Shown here: piece by piece, positions 12,801-23,789 of the stretch | Layout of the letters: every line of letters starts with the position of its first letter | How positions within the stretch are numbered: position 1 is the first letter of the stretch | NCBI RefSeq assembly: GCF_030144855.1 | Contig: NC_082717.1 | Coordinates: forward strand, 64,852,001 to 64,916,000 | DNA from: Hypanus sabinus | Taxonomy: Eukaryota | Reading direction: 5' to 3' | DNA: 64,000 nucleotides | The notes under the pieces: generated by a model | Database searches by the model: none | Seen by the model: only the letters and a program-made list of their open reading frames with translations | Told to the model about the DNA's origin: nothing | Position numbers and translations under genes: made by a program

Positions 12801-15800
12801 CATTGACGGATCAAGAACGTAAAGGAAGGTTTGACTGGCTGTCACTGTTTGATCGCTCTCTCTCCCTCTATCTCTCTCTCCCCAACAATTACAACACATC
12901 GACCAACAACTACCTCAGCCTGTATGAACTGAACTTTATATTCACATATGACAATTCATTATCCCCTGGACATCGATAGAGCTTGTTTATTATTGATTAT
13001 TATTATATCCACACTTTTAGGTTTATTACTGCTAACTTGTTTTATATGTATATTTGCATTATTGATATGGTTTTGCTTATTTTTACTAATAAGCACCTTT
13101 AGTTTGGTACCACCAGACTCCAATGGATTCTTCTTTCTCTGCTGGTTAGACACCCAGTTACGGGGTACGTAACAATGGATAGATATAAGCAACAAAAAAG
13201 TAAAAAGATACAGTATGTTTGTTGGGCCTATTCCCACCTTCACGCACCATCATGCCAACACCAGCTGATGCCTGCCCTACAGCTCTTAGCCCATCAGACA
13301 AGTTCTCAGTGACTGAGTGTCCAAGCACAACAGCATCAGATGAAAGTCGGTTTATCAGCTCTCCTGTGCTGGACTTATCGAAAAACGCAACCTCCTGACA
13401 AAGAATCGAAGAAAATAATCTTCCCCTCAAGCGCTGGACAATATGCTGCCCTGTAATAAACACACAAAAGAAGGCAATCAACTAACATGTGTAAAACAGC
13501 ATAAGAAATGACAGGCATTGGAATGAATGCTGTAGTCCAGACACATTAAGGGAAACTTCATCTCATCCTTTCATGCATTAGTGTAACATTTTTGCTATTT
13601 ATCAGTTAACAAGCAACAATGTTTTTCTTATTTTATCTACTTTACTGTGAATAGCTGTCAAACCGCTTTCTCAAGGAACTACATAATATATTCAACCTTT
13701 TTATTCGGNNNNNNNNNNNNNNNNNNNNNNNNNNNNNNNNNNNNNNNNNNNNNNNNNNNNNNNNNNNNNNNNNNNNNNNNNNNNNNNNNNNNNNNNNNNN
13801 NNNNNNNNNNNNNNNNNNNNNNNNNNNNNNNNNNNNNNNNNNNNNNNNNNNNNNNNNNNNNNNNNNNNNNNNNNNNNNNNNNNNNNNNNNNNNNNNNNNN
13901 NNNNNNNNNNNNNNNNNNNNNNNNNNNNNAGCTGCCTTAAACCACAGTGGTAAACCAGAATTCTTACTCAACTCTAATTTCTCATCCCCCTTTCCCACCA
14001 TCTGCATTTAACTTCTTCGTTAATCCAAAAACTAAATAAACATTGTGACCTCACTTATTGAACATTACAAATTTTAAAATGTGGGAAATGGATTAAAATC
14101 ACACGAACAAAGCAGAATGAGTATCATAAAGACCAAAACCCCAAAATAAACCAAATACAGTATTTTTGTGGCTAAATTCAATGTACTGTTGTATTTGTGG
14201 GAGGACATTTTATGTATTCATTTCTGATTCTCTGCACATGTACTTCTTGTATAGCCTACAGGTTACGCAGTCCTATCTTTATTCACCTGAGATCTGCATG
14301 AGGTAGACACGGGCACCATTGGCAGCAGCTCCACAAAGAAAGACACCACTTAGTACAGCACAGAGTGAAGTCAAGCTTGCAGTAACATCTCCTCCTGCAG
14401 GATTTGTATAAATGGTATCGATAACCTTTCCAAGAAAGAATGGTGCAGACATGGTCACCATGCTGGACACACCTAAAAAGCTCACGGCAGCTGGAGAAAG
14501 AACATAGTGCATGGCTTTAGATATCAGAGTTTGACTGGACTGCTAAGATAATGGAAGAGACTAACTGACATATTACAGAGAGCAAATTTCAAAAGCAGAC
14601 TGGGAGAAAAATCCAAATTCAACACATGTTCCTTAACAAATTCAGTAAAAAGGAATAAAATGAAAAAGAAAAACTGCCCCCACCCTGAGAGATAACACTT
14701 GTGTGAATAGCCAATAGGTATCAGTTCTTTATACAAAGCTTAATCCAAGTTTCAAACTCTCTTACTCTCCTCCAAAGAGCCATTAAGGTTAGAGGTGGAG
14801 AGGGCTGTTGTAGAAGGAATGTTAGTTTATTCTTTTCAAATGAAAATATTAAAGTAGTTAGAAACCTGAAACAAATATATCATGATTCAATCTGTACATC
14901 CAAATGGACTGCTCTTAGTACCTAATACTCCTGTGGCACAAAATTGTCAATAAAACAAAGTTTCAAGGCAAATTGGTTATGGTTTGTCCTGAAACTTAAT
15001 ATGAAGTTCAAGACCATGATAAATAAGAAAAAAAACAATCAGAAAACTCAAATAAAATTTACTATGAGACATATAAAAACTGTGTTATCTCATGCTCTCG
15101 CTTCCATATTAAGAACTGATTATTGTTTGAAAACTGAGAGGGTTTACTGTACTCAGAAAGGGAAGGTCCTGAGCGTCTGTTACATATTCTATCAAATGCT
15201 CTCTCAAGCTGCAGTTGGAGATAAATAGCATATTAGGGCGTGATATGAAGGGGTTTCAAGCCCTTTTATCACACTGCCACATGATATTTTCATATTAACT
15301 GCAGCTCATGCACATGACTGGAAATTAGTATCAGGTTTTGATGAAAGTAGTGTGAGTCTTCAAACTTTATATTCAATGTGCCTTAATGTTTAGAAAAGAG
15401 CAGGGTTTTTGATGATTTATATCAAAAGCGCTGCAAGTATATGGTAAAGCACACATTGTCTATGAAAAAAACAATTTCAAAGTTGTAATAACCTGTGATC
15501 AAAAAAGTTCATAATTCTGTATGATGTTCTCAAGTTCACGATCAACATTTAAATTAATGGGACTACATCTTAATTTACATTTGAAATGTCAATCAATACT
15601 CTAGTTCTTCTCAACCTGTTTCTATTAAACATAGTCACAGTTTCAAGAAAGAAATCGGCCAAACTGAAGAAAAACAGTAATTCATAGGTGAATTCTGGCT
15701 TCTTCACCATTGCTCTCCAACAGCATCAAAGATCTTTTCAACCACTCACTTCCTTCTTTGTCTCAAAGAATTAGAAGTGGAAAAAACAAGCCTTCAACAG

Positions 15801-17139
15801 TTTACACAGCATGATAAACTTAGGGAAATGCCATCCGTAGACTGTCTTTGATGTAAAAAAAATAACAAGGCTGAATTTCAAGGAGCTACAGTCAGAACAA
15901 AACTAATCATAAACCAAAGGATTTCAAAGGATAACTAAATGGGATCAGACTACATTGATAAAAGTGTTTTTGAAAGAAATTACAGATATAGTAATGAAAA
16001 ACTGTTGACATGACTGTCAGTGAAGAGGCAGACCGTGACTTGACCCAGACAGCACAGTTGAAGATAGAACTCTTAAGATGGAGGAGGTAATTGGCAGATA
16101 GTTTAACAGACAATAGTAGTATTGACTAATTTGGACAAATATGAATTTATCTGAATTTGTACATAGAAGGTTATAAAAAGTAATCAACCTGAGGTATCCG
16201 AAGAGGTTATGAACTTTGTAGACAGGTGTAGACCTTTGAAGAACCGATTGTGATAGTGAGAACAACAGATGCCACGGAGTCAGACTCGAGAAGAGAACCA
16301 TTGCTGGATATTCTTAGGGTACAAATAAGTAAACTGAAGTACCCGGAAAAAGTTATTGCATAGAATCCTGTCCAGGGGCTTTTGTTAAGGGAAGGGAAAA
16401 CCGAATTACAGACAAGACAATTTTAGAGAAAGTGGATTTGAGGCGTGGAAATGAGGTAGGGCTTGTCAATCAAAGTTGTAACGATTGGGAAAGACGATTG
16501 GAATGAGGATGCCCTGGGTACGAGTATCGGCGCCTTTGGGGAAAAATGTTATATTCACCGATTCCCGATCAGCACCACCCACGCCAAATCACCTGCAGCT
16601 CAGGACTGCGGTCCAACTCAGTGGGCAGAGTGATTCGGCGGCAAGGAGCCATCGCTGCTTCCCACACTCATTCCTTCCCCATCACCCGGAGGAACCAGTA
16701 CCAGGGCCCATCCGCTCGGACCTCCTCTGACCATTCCTCCCTGTCCCCGGGCCAGGGCACTCTTACCTGCAAGCGGCCACCGCTGCGGGTAGGCCAAAGC
16801 CAGCAACCTCCTAACATCCGCGGCTGCCGGTCCAGCGCTGGCCCGGCGTCGCTCGATATCCCGACCTGCGCCTGGTTGCCGCTCGGGCACCGTCTCTGTC
16901 CTGCTTACTGGCGGCTGCCGACGCTCGGTTGCTGCCAGCTGGGGCCCGGCGCTGAAGCTGCGGCGAAGTACGGAGAGGTCGCGGTTACCATGGTCACGGC
17001 CGCTGGGCTCAGGCCAGAATCCCCGGGCCGGGCGCGCCGCACACCAACAGCACCGAGTCAGCAAGGCGGCGGTAGCCGCTTGGAAGCCGCGCCTGTTGCG
17101 CGCCGTCTGGCGCTGCAGATGCAGAATCCGGCACGCCAT
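779..17139 (-). CDS. ABCB10: ABCB10, mitochondrial inner-membrane ABC half-transporter; exons 1-12, 3'-partial (last exon outside window)
   Basis: Exons 16767-17139, 14287-14490, 13248-13450, 11055-11189, 6738-6884, 3197-3332, 2843-2938, 1862-2071, 1597-1676, 1220-1400, 1091-1134, 779-813. All introns are GT-AG with consistent phases. The protein has an Arg-rich presequence, TMD ([35 protein letters not shown]), Walker [10 protein letters not shown], signature [15 protein letters not shown] and Walker B ILLLDEAT; it matches ABCB10 as I recall it. Confidence 0.96.
1091..1134 (-). CDS. ABCB10: ABCB10 exon 11 (ABC signature)
   Basis: [15 protein letters not shown]; 44 nt. Confidence 0.95.
1220..1400 (-). 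CDS. ABCB10: ABCB10 exon 10
   Basis: [17 protein letters not shown]...[11 protein letters not shown]; 181 nt. Confidence 0.95.
1597..1676 (-). CDS. ABCB10: ABCB10 exon 9
   Basis: [27 protein letters not shown]; 80 nt. Confidence 0.95.
1862..2071 (-). CDS. ABCB10: ABCB10 exon 8 (Walker A)
   Basis: [16 protein letters not shown]...[23 protein letters not shown]; 210 nt. Confidence 0.96.
2843..2938 (-). CDS. ABCB10: ABCB10 exon 7
   Basis: [32 protein letters not shown]; 96 nt. Confidence 0.95.
3197..3332 (-). CDS. ABCB10: ABCB10 exon 6
   Basis: [17 protein letters not shown]...[10 protein letters not shown]; 136 nt. Confidence 0.95.
3583..3750 (-). mobile_element. CR1/HER1-type LINE 3' tail fragment
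   Basis: Tail repeat agacaatagacaatagg and conserved 3'UTR stem (cggcccctcgagtctgcaccgcc...atcatggctgatc), similar to the other CR1 tails in the window. Confidence 0.7.
4417..4631 (+). mobile_element. Solo LTR A nested in the hAT element
   Basis: TGTGGCG...CGCTACA ends, internal AATAAA 4556-4561, 4-bp TSD TGGT. Confidence 0.8.
4737..4940 (+). mobile_element. Solo LTR B (same family as A) nested in the hAT element
   Basis: TGTGGCG...CGCTACA ends, AATAAA 4900-4905, 4-bp TSD ACGT. Confidence 0.8.
6738..6884 (-). CDS. ABCB10: ABCB10 exon 5
   Basis: [18 protein letters not shown]...ARAGFYGA; 147 nt. Confidence 0.95.
8092..8288. mobile_element. Short inverted-repeat remnant of a Penelope-like element terminal repeat
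   Basis: caaaatgctggaggaactcagcag ... ctgttgagttcctccagcactttg fold-back; same terminal sequence as 17820-20675 and 48590-49093. Confidence 0.65.
8767..9178 (-). mobile_element. 5'-truncated L1-clade LINE (ORF2 C-terminus, 3'UTR, poly-A)
   Basis: Poly-T on the + strand; TSD TACTGCTGCATC at 8755-8766 and 9179-9190; minus-strand peptide [33 protein letters not shown]. Confidence 0.85.
11055..11189 (-). CDS. ABCB10: ABCB10 exon 4
   Basis: [18 protein letters not shown]...QDSLADATQ; 135 nt. Confidence 0.95.
12196..13174 (+). mobile_element. Solo LTR (~980 bp)
   Basis: TGTTACG...CGTAACA termini; TSD ACGG/ATGG (one CpG-type change); GGATAAAAG TATA-like box; shares blocks with 34389-35150. Confidence 0.85.
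13248..13450 (-). CDS. ABCB10: ABCB10 exon 3
   Basis: [17 protein letters not shown]...ASAGVGMM; 203 nt. Confidence 0.95.
13709..13929. other. Assembly gap (221 N) in ABCB10 intron 2
   Basis: Run of N. Confidence 1.
14287..14490 (-). CDS. ABCB10: ABCB10 exon 2
   Basis: [25 protein letters not shown]...RVYLMQIS; 204 nt, ag/gt flanks. Confidence 0.95.
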
Positions 17140-17350
17140 TCAGCGGAATTATCAATAACCTCAGGTTAATCTCGGTGTCGGAGTGAAAAGACACCGTTCT
17201 CCAGTGAAACCCATGCCCCCAACATGATCCCACGACGCCAGGAACCCCAACAGTTACGCTCCTATTCGATGACCGCAAAAGTCTCGATGGCTTCTTGTCA
17301 CCGCTTTTATTGCATCGGATAGAATTTGCACCGCCCCCAGCAGGCCATAG
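16500..17350. promoter_or_regulatory. CpG island over ABCB10 exon 1 and promoter
   Basis: Visibly GC- and CpG-rich against an AT-rich, CpG-poor background; GC box CCGCCCC near 17331. Confidence 0.7.
16767..17139 (-). CDS. ABCB10: ABCB10 exon 1 (mitochondrial presequence to [13 protein letters not shown])
   Basis: ATG at 17139 in a CpG-rich island; donor G|gtaag at 16767. Confidence 0.88.
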
Positions 17351-18495
17351 CTGCGTTCAAAAGCTCAGCATGCACACACTGAATAAGTTATAACCCATAG
17401 GCTGATTAATACAATGAAACTATTCTAGACCAGTTGTTCTCTTTACACTATGACGAATATATTATTTTATTTCAGTTTGAAATTTGGCAAAAACTAAAAA
17501 GAGAAATACAAGTTTGCTTGTTGGTAAAGCGACTGTCATCTTTACAGCTCCGTGCACTGGCTACGAAGATTGATTTCTGACTAAGGAATAAAGGCTGTGC
17601 AGATGATGGGCACTGTTCATATTTTTCAGAATTTTTATACGGTGAAAATCCTTTCTGTGATGCCCCCAGGTGGGCATCAACGTTTCAGGAAATAGCATTT
17701 CAGTTAAGGATCCCAGCAGGCATTCCCCTCTGGCAGAGAGAGATGAAAACTTCGTTGTAGTCACCACTTAAAAAAAAGCTGCGAGTCTTTCTCTTTATAA
17801 ATGCAGCAAATTATAAGCTCAAGAGATTCTGTAGGTGCTGAAAATCCAGAGCAACACACACAAAATGCTAGAGGAATTCACGTCAGTCAGCATCAATGGA
17901 AATGACTAAACAGTTTATGTTTCGGGCCGTAAACCTCCTTCAGGACTGGAAAGGAAAAGAGAAGACGCCAGGATAAAAAGGGGAGGGGGGGGGAGGGAAA
18001 GGTGAACCTGTCTATAAGGTGATCGGTGATGCTAGGTGGGTGTAAACGTAAATTGCTGGAGAAGAAAGAATCTGATACAGGAAGAGGGTGGACTATGGGA
18101 GAAAGGGAAAAAGGAGGGGTACCAGGAATGGGAGAAAGGGAAAGGGGGGATACCACGGGGTAAGTGAGAAGATGTAGGAGATGAGTAGGGAATAGAAAGG
18201 GGAGGGGAAATATTACCAGGAGAAATCGATATTCATACCATCAGATTGAAGCCTGCCTGGATTGAATATGAGGTGTTCCTCCTCCAAATGAGAGTGGCAT
18301 AATCGTGGCAAAAGAAATGGGGATAGCTATTAAAATGATTGGACAGAAGGAGATTCTGCTTTTGACAGAAGGAGCTGAAGTGCTTGACAAAGTGGTCCTC
18401 AATTTAATTGGGTCTCATCAACGTAGTGGAGGCTGCATGGGGACCACTAGATACAATAGACGACCCCAACAGATTAACCTCCCTCCTGGTACATA

Positions 18496-19945
18496 CAGTG
18501 ACTAGAAAAAGATATTAAAACCCCTTGGAAATTTTCATGTTTTATCGTTTTATAACTTTGAATCATAGTGGTTTTAATTTGGCTTTTTGTAAACACTGAT
18601 CAAGAGAAGACTCTTTCACATCAAGGTGAAAACAGATCTCTACAAAGTAATTTAAATTAATTACAAATATAAAACACAAAATAATTGATTGCATAAGCAT
18701 TCACCCCCACCTTTAATGTGACACACCAAATCATCACTGGTGCAGCCACTTGGTTTTAGAACTTACATAATTAGTTAAACAGAGATCTGTTTTGGGAAAC
18801 CTGTGTGCAGTCAAGGTGTTTCAATTAAAAATACACCTGTATCTGGAAGTTCCAACTGCTGGCGAGTTGGTATCCTGGCAAAGAGTACCCCATGAAGACA
18901 AAAGAACACACCAAGCAACTTCACAAAAAGGTTATTGAAAAGCACAAGTCAGAAGATGGATAAAAAAATTCAAATCACCGAATATCCCTTGGAGTACAGT
19001 TAAGTCAATCAAGAAATGGAAAGAAAATGGAACAGCTGTCAATCTGCCAGGAGCAGACCATCCTCAAAAACAGAGTGACCATGCACTGAAAGATCTAAGA
19101 CAACTCAGGCAGAATTACAATCTTCAGTGACTGAGTTGGGAGAGACAACAACTGTTGCCCAGGTACTTCATGAGTCACAGGTTTATGGGAGAGTGGCAAA
19201 GAGAAACACACTGTTGAAAAATACTCACATGAAATCTCAACTAGAGTTTGCCAGAAGGCATGTGGGAGATTCTAAAGTCAGCTGGGAGAAGGTTCTGTGG
19301 TCTGATGAAACCAAAATTGAGCCTTTTGGCCATCAGATTAAATGCTATGTTTGGCTTAAGCCAAAGACCACACTATTAAAAACACAGCATCCCCACTGTG
19401 AAGCACGATGGTGACTGCATCCTGTTGTAGGGATGATTCAGTGCAGCAGGCCCTGGAAGGCTTATGAAGGTAGAGAGTAAAATGAATGCACCAAAGTACA
19501 GGGAAATCCTGGACTTATCAAAGTTCAGTCAGTTTAGTGCACATCGTTGGAGCTCAACCATCGAACCCTCGTCGCTTGCCTCCGACCTTCACGTCTTCAC
19601 ACCCGGGACCACCCCCGGTGGTCAACCAAGCAGTGCAGCGCACGTCCACCTTCCTCAGCGGCTTCCTCCCGACTCCCTCGAAAACCCGCGAAAACCACCC
19701 CCCCAAGTTCCCAGCCTCACAAGACAAAATAACATTCCCCATTGGTTAACAAATGAATACAACCCCCATATCAGCAAGTCTAAAGCTAAACAACTGCGAG
19801 AGAAACACTTATCAGACAAAGAAGCATTCCTACTCTTAACAAACCAAAGAAGCCATTTTGAGTCACATACACAAGACATTGTACAGTTGTAAAATAAAAC
19901 ATGAAAACTTCCAAGACAGGTGAATACTTTAAAAAATCAGCACTG
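18496..19945 (+). mobile_element. Defective Tc1/mariner transposon (Passport-like)
   Basis: TA|CAGTG...CACTG|TA ends; transposase remnants MKTKEHTKQ..., VLWSDETKIE; C-terminal part missing. Confidence 0.88.
19513..19885 (-). mobile_element. Truncated LTR-like insertion inside the Tc1 element
   Basis: Abrupt switch to CpG-rich non-Tc1 sequence; minus strand begins TGTACAATG at 19885; other end lost together with the transposase 3' part. Confidence 0.5.
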
Positions 19946-20827
19946 TATCCCTGCAAGCAACAGAAATGCTTCATCTGCACATTCACCTCCTCTCCTCTCT
20001 TAATTCAATTCAGTTACCCAAATAGTCCTTGCAGTTGAGGCAAAACTTCACTGGTGAATCTGAGGGCGTCTATTGTATCCACTGTGGCCTCCTCTATACT
20101 TCTGAGACCCAATGTAAACTGAGGGTCTATTTTGTTGAGTGCCTCCACTCACTCCCATCTGTCAACAGCAGAATCTCCCAGTAGCCAACCATTTTCATCC
20201 CTATCCCCATTCCAAAATATCAGTTCATGGCCTCCTCTTTTGTCACAATGAGGTCACTCAGGGTTGGAGGAGCAACATCCAACATTCTGTCTAGGTAGCT
20301 TCCAACATGATGGCATGAACATTGATTTCTCCTTCAAGTAATATTTTCTCTCCTCCTTTCCTCTTCTTCTATCCCCTAATCTGATCTCTTAACTCTTCTC
20401 CTCACCTATCACCTGTCCCTGGTGCCCCTTCTTTTTCCCCTACCTCTTATAGTCCATTCTCCTCTCAGATTACTTCTTTTCCAGCCCTTTACCTTTTCCG
20501 ATCATCTAACTTCACCTATCACCCTCTAACTCATCCCCCTCCCCCTTTTTTTATTCTGGCACCTTCCCCCTTCTTTTCCAGTACTGAAGAAGGGTCTCAG
20601 CTCAAAACCTCAAATGTTTATTAATTTCCATAGATCCTGACCTGCTGAGTTCCTCCAGCATTTTGTGTGTTACTCCAAATGCAGCATACAGTAATTGTAT
20701 TCTGTGATTCCAAATTCCCTTCTAACTTTCAGATTTTTGCTTTTCATCTGACATGACATTTCCAATTCATTGATCTTGGGCACAAGAAAGATCCAAATGA
20801 TTTACTGTGGAATGCAATCAGTATTTA

Positions 20828-21085
20828 ATATTTATTGAGATACAGCAAAGAATTGGTCCTCCCAGCCCTTCGAGCCACACCGCCCAAAAAACCCCCAAAT
20901 TTAATCCGAGCCTAATCACAGGACAATTTACAATGACCTATCAACCTACCAATCGGTACGTCTTTGGACTGCGGGAGGAAACCGGAGCACCCAGAGGAAA
21001 CCCACATGGTCACAGGGAGAACGTATAAACTCCTTACCAGCAGCAGCAGGAACTGTGAAGTGTTGTGCTAACCACTACGCTACCA
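20828..21085 (-). mobile_element. tRNA-derived V-SINE (HE1-like)
   Basis: V-domain-type core ggaggaaaccggagcacccagaggaaacccaca...acagggagaacg..aaactcc; tRNA-like head ggtagcgtagtggttagc on the minus strand. Confidence 0.8.
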
Positions 21086-21529
21086 TACATTAGCATCAAA
21101 TAATTTATTAAACTCCTTCCAGTGTAGTATCTCATTATCAGTAAGTATCCCTCCATTGTTAGCTTTCAAGAAAGCAAGAAATTTCCCATAGGTGGTCCAG
21201 TGCTGGAGAATCCAAGCATGTTGTGGTTATGGACAGTTTGCTGCATCCTCTGCATTTTTCCAACTGGCAATCTGCTTAGTCAGTTTTTTGGTTTGCTATA
21301 AGCCTCCAGTTTCTTTCCCTTCAGCCACATAGTTAACAATAAAATTCTGAATTTGCTGCTTAAAGTTAAAGATCAGCTTTATTTGATACACATTCTTCAA
21401 AACATAGTGAAATGCTCCATTTGTGTCAATTCAAATCAGCAAAGATGGAGCTGGGCAGCCCGCAAGTGTTGCCATACTTCTGGCACCAACATAGCATGCC
21501 CACAATTCACTAACCTGAACGGTACATGA

Positions 21530-22030
21530 CAAATCAACTGCTCAGGCTTCCAGCCAGTTAGAGGTATCAATTTTAACCAACATTTTGATGACAAACTCTG
21601 CCATCATCTTCAGGGATGATGCCTGGGCACGTCTAGTTTGGTGGTACTTATATCCCTGTCGTCTGTCCCTCCTCATTGGTTAGTCCTCAATCAGGTCTCC
21701 ACTGTCCCACCTTGTTTACAATCAAATTCCAGTTCTTTCTTAAAGTGAGACCTTCGTTTTTGTTAAAATACTTTCCCTCTAGTTTTATTTCTTTCTTCAC
21801 CAGGTGGTTCCAAAAGCCATTGGCACGGCACCGTAGTTGCCGAAGTCAAACCTATGGCCACTGCGAATACTACATTCTGTTACCACTTATTTCCCCGGAA
21901 AACACAAACAGATACATCTCTTGTGCTCCTTGATGTGTCAAAGATGACCTGGGACTCAGGTCAGCTGGCGTTTACAGGATTCCCTGTGAATGCACAGCAG
22001 CATACATCCACCAGATGGGACACAATGCGA
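21530..22030. mobile_element. Second Penelope-like family fragment with internal inversion
   Basis: Plus strand 21930-22025 reads VKDDLGLRSAGVYRIPCECTAAYI (GIY-YIG start). Minus strand 21700-21820 reads EIKLEGKYFNKNEGLTLRKNW (endonuclease end), followed by a hammerhead-like core at 21577-21615. Confidence 0.75.
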
Positions 22031-22959
22031 TTGCTGGTGCTGTAATAGCATTACGCCTTAAACCTTTGGCTGTCTGAGGAAATGAGCTTTCATCACCCAG
22101 ATCTCAAACCAATGTGAACATCGCAGATATAATGCCCATTCTCCTGTGCACTTGAGACACGGTTAATCCCAAATCAGGCAACACTTTAATGAAAGACTCC
22201 AAATCCACTAGCAGGATAAAAAAACCAGAATAAATGTTCCTAGCACAATACTCTATTCAGCTGGTTAGTTTGTTTGCATACCCAATTTATGACTCCTATG
22301 ATAGGCAATCAACTCTAATTACCAGATTAAGTATAATTCTAGGATGTTCCTTTGAAAAAAATTCAACAATCCAACTGATGCATGGGAATCCCCTATTCAC
22401 AACTGTTCATCAGTGCCAGAGTCCCACTTTATGTACATACAATGTGGGACAATATATGAGCTAAACTTATGCATCTTTGGCCACATCAGTTACTTGTACG
22501 CTGTATTTATAAGATTTAAAAATTTTTTTATTTATTGTGCTTTTATACTGCATCGGATTAGGAGTAACAATCATTTTGCTTTTCTTTGCACTTGTGTACT
22601 CACAATATGAATCATGAGTCTTGATTCACGAATTTTAGGAACTTAGTTCCTAAACTTAGTTAAAACAGAAAGAATACACCTCCAGTACAACTTACCCATC
22701 TGAAGTATCACATCTGACAATATGCCAATTTCACATTGGCCTCTTCAGTTACCAGGTGACTCTGAGAATTGGAATTTAATACCCCAGGGACTGCCCGAAG
22801 AGGAGGAGAACAAGCAATGGTTGCTGTGCTAATACTTTAGGTCTCAAGATAACCAATCCAAAAATATACTAACTGGAAAAAAAAATGGGCTTGCACTTTA
22901 TGTCTGTACTCTGTTGTGCTTCTCACACAATTTAAATGAACGAGGAATACTGGGGAACA

Positions 22960-23230
22960 AATCATTCAAATTCTTTAGTCATACAGCATGGAACCAGGCT
23001 CTTGGGTCCATTAAATCTGCACTAATCAAGCACCAATTTATATTAATTCAACGACCACCTAAACACTGGGAACTTACATCAATTAGCCAAACAAAGGAAT
23101 GGGAAAGAACCAGTGTACCAAAGAAATTGGAGAACATGCAAACTCTGCACAGACAACACCAGGTGTCAAGATTGAGCTCAAGTCACCACAGGCAAGGAAG
23201 CAGCTACATTAACTGCAACATCCTGTTACC
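22960..23230 (-). mobile_element. Old V-SINE remnant
   Basis: Decayed ggagaacatgcaaactctgcacagaca core with a CR1-like tail. Confidence 0.5.
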
Positions 23231-23789
23231 ATTCCCAATAAGAAACAGGCCTAATTAAAAACTTGCAAAGACATGGGAATTTTTTCTTGAAACAAGCATG
23301 GAACCTGTCATTTTGAATTTTCCTGAACAGTATATTTATTTTTTTGAGTACCAAGCCCAAGAATCAGAAAGGATAATAAGCAATAGGCCTTCAGTATTAT
23401 CACAAGCAAGGCTTGACACCATATGCACAACCCATTGTTCAGCAAATGAACCCCAGCTCTGACTTTACAATGCTCTCAGCCAGCTTTGTTTGATTTACCA
23501 CAGAAGCCAATTTATCTGCCATTTTTGATCCCACTCTGTTCTCCATTGGCCTCCAGTATCATTTTAGTTTGTTGGAACTTTCAGTGCAGATAGGGACTGT
23601 CAACAATATTGACAACAACTTCCATTACCTTCAACCTTCAGATTTCAGATGCTTTACTAAGACTCAGCCACTATAAAAAAAAATCCTTGTACAAGTTTCT
23701 GTCACTTCAAATTTAACTCCCCTCATCTCCACCCACCCCTCCCAATTTCACTTCCATTATTCAAACCAAAGCAATTCAAATCCTGTCAT

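Larger units (their letters stand above)
17820..20675. mobile_element. Penelope-like element with inverted terminal repeats, split by a Tc1 insertion
   Basis: Left arm 17820-18493 and right arm 19948-20675 are inverted copies. The right arm has a decayed GIY-YIG endonuclease stretch (FTGESEGVYCI..CGLLYTSET). Hammerhead-like cores near 17915-17950 and 20578-20615. Confidence 0.75.

Noticed and set aside
13642-14007. ORFs spanning the N run
   Set aside because: Artefacts of the assembly gap
16546-17169. 207-aa plus-strand ORF
   Set aside because: Antisense shadow of GC-rich ABCB10 exon 1; no recognisable domain
19464-19892. 142-aa ORF
   Set aside because: Tc1 transposase fragment reading through into an inserted LTR-like sequence
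21040-21085. tRNA-like A-box sequence
   Set aside because: SINE head with the B-box region deleted; no cloverleaf, so not a tRNA gene
22634-22654. Perfect 10-bp inverted repeat TTTAGGAACT-T-AGTTCCTAAA
   Set aside because: Short, AT-rich and next to a LINE tail; probably an insertion or repair scar with no evidence of function
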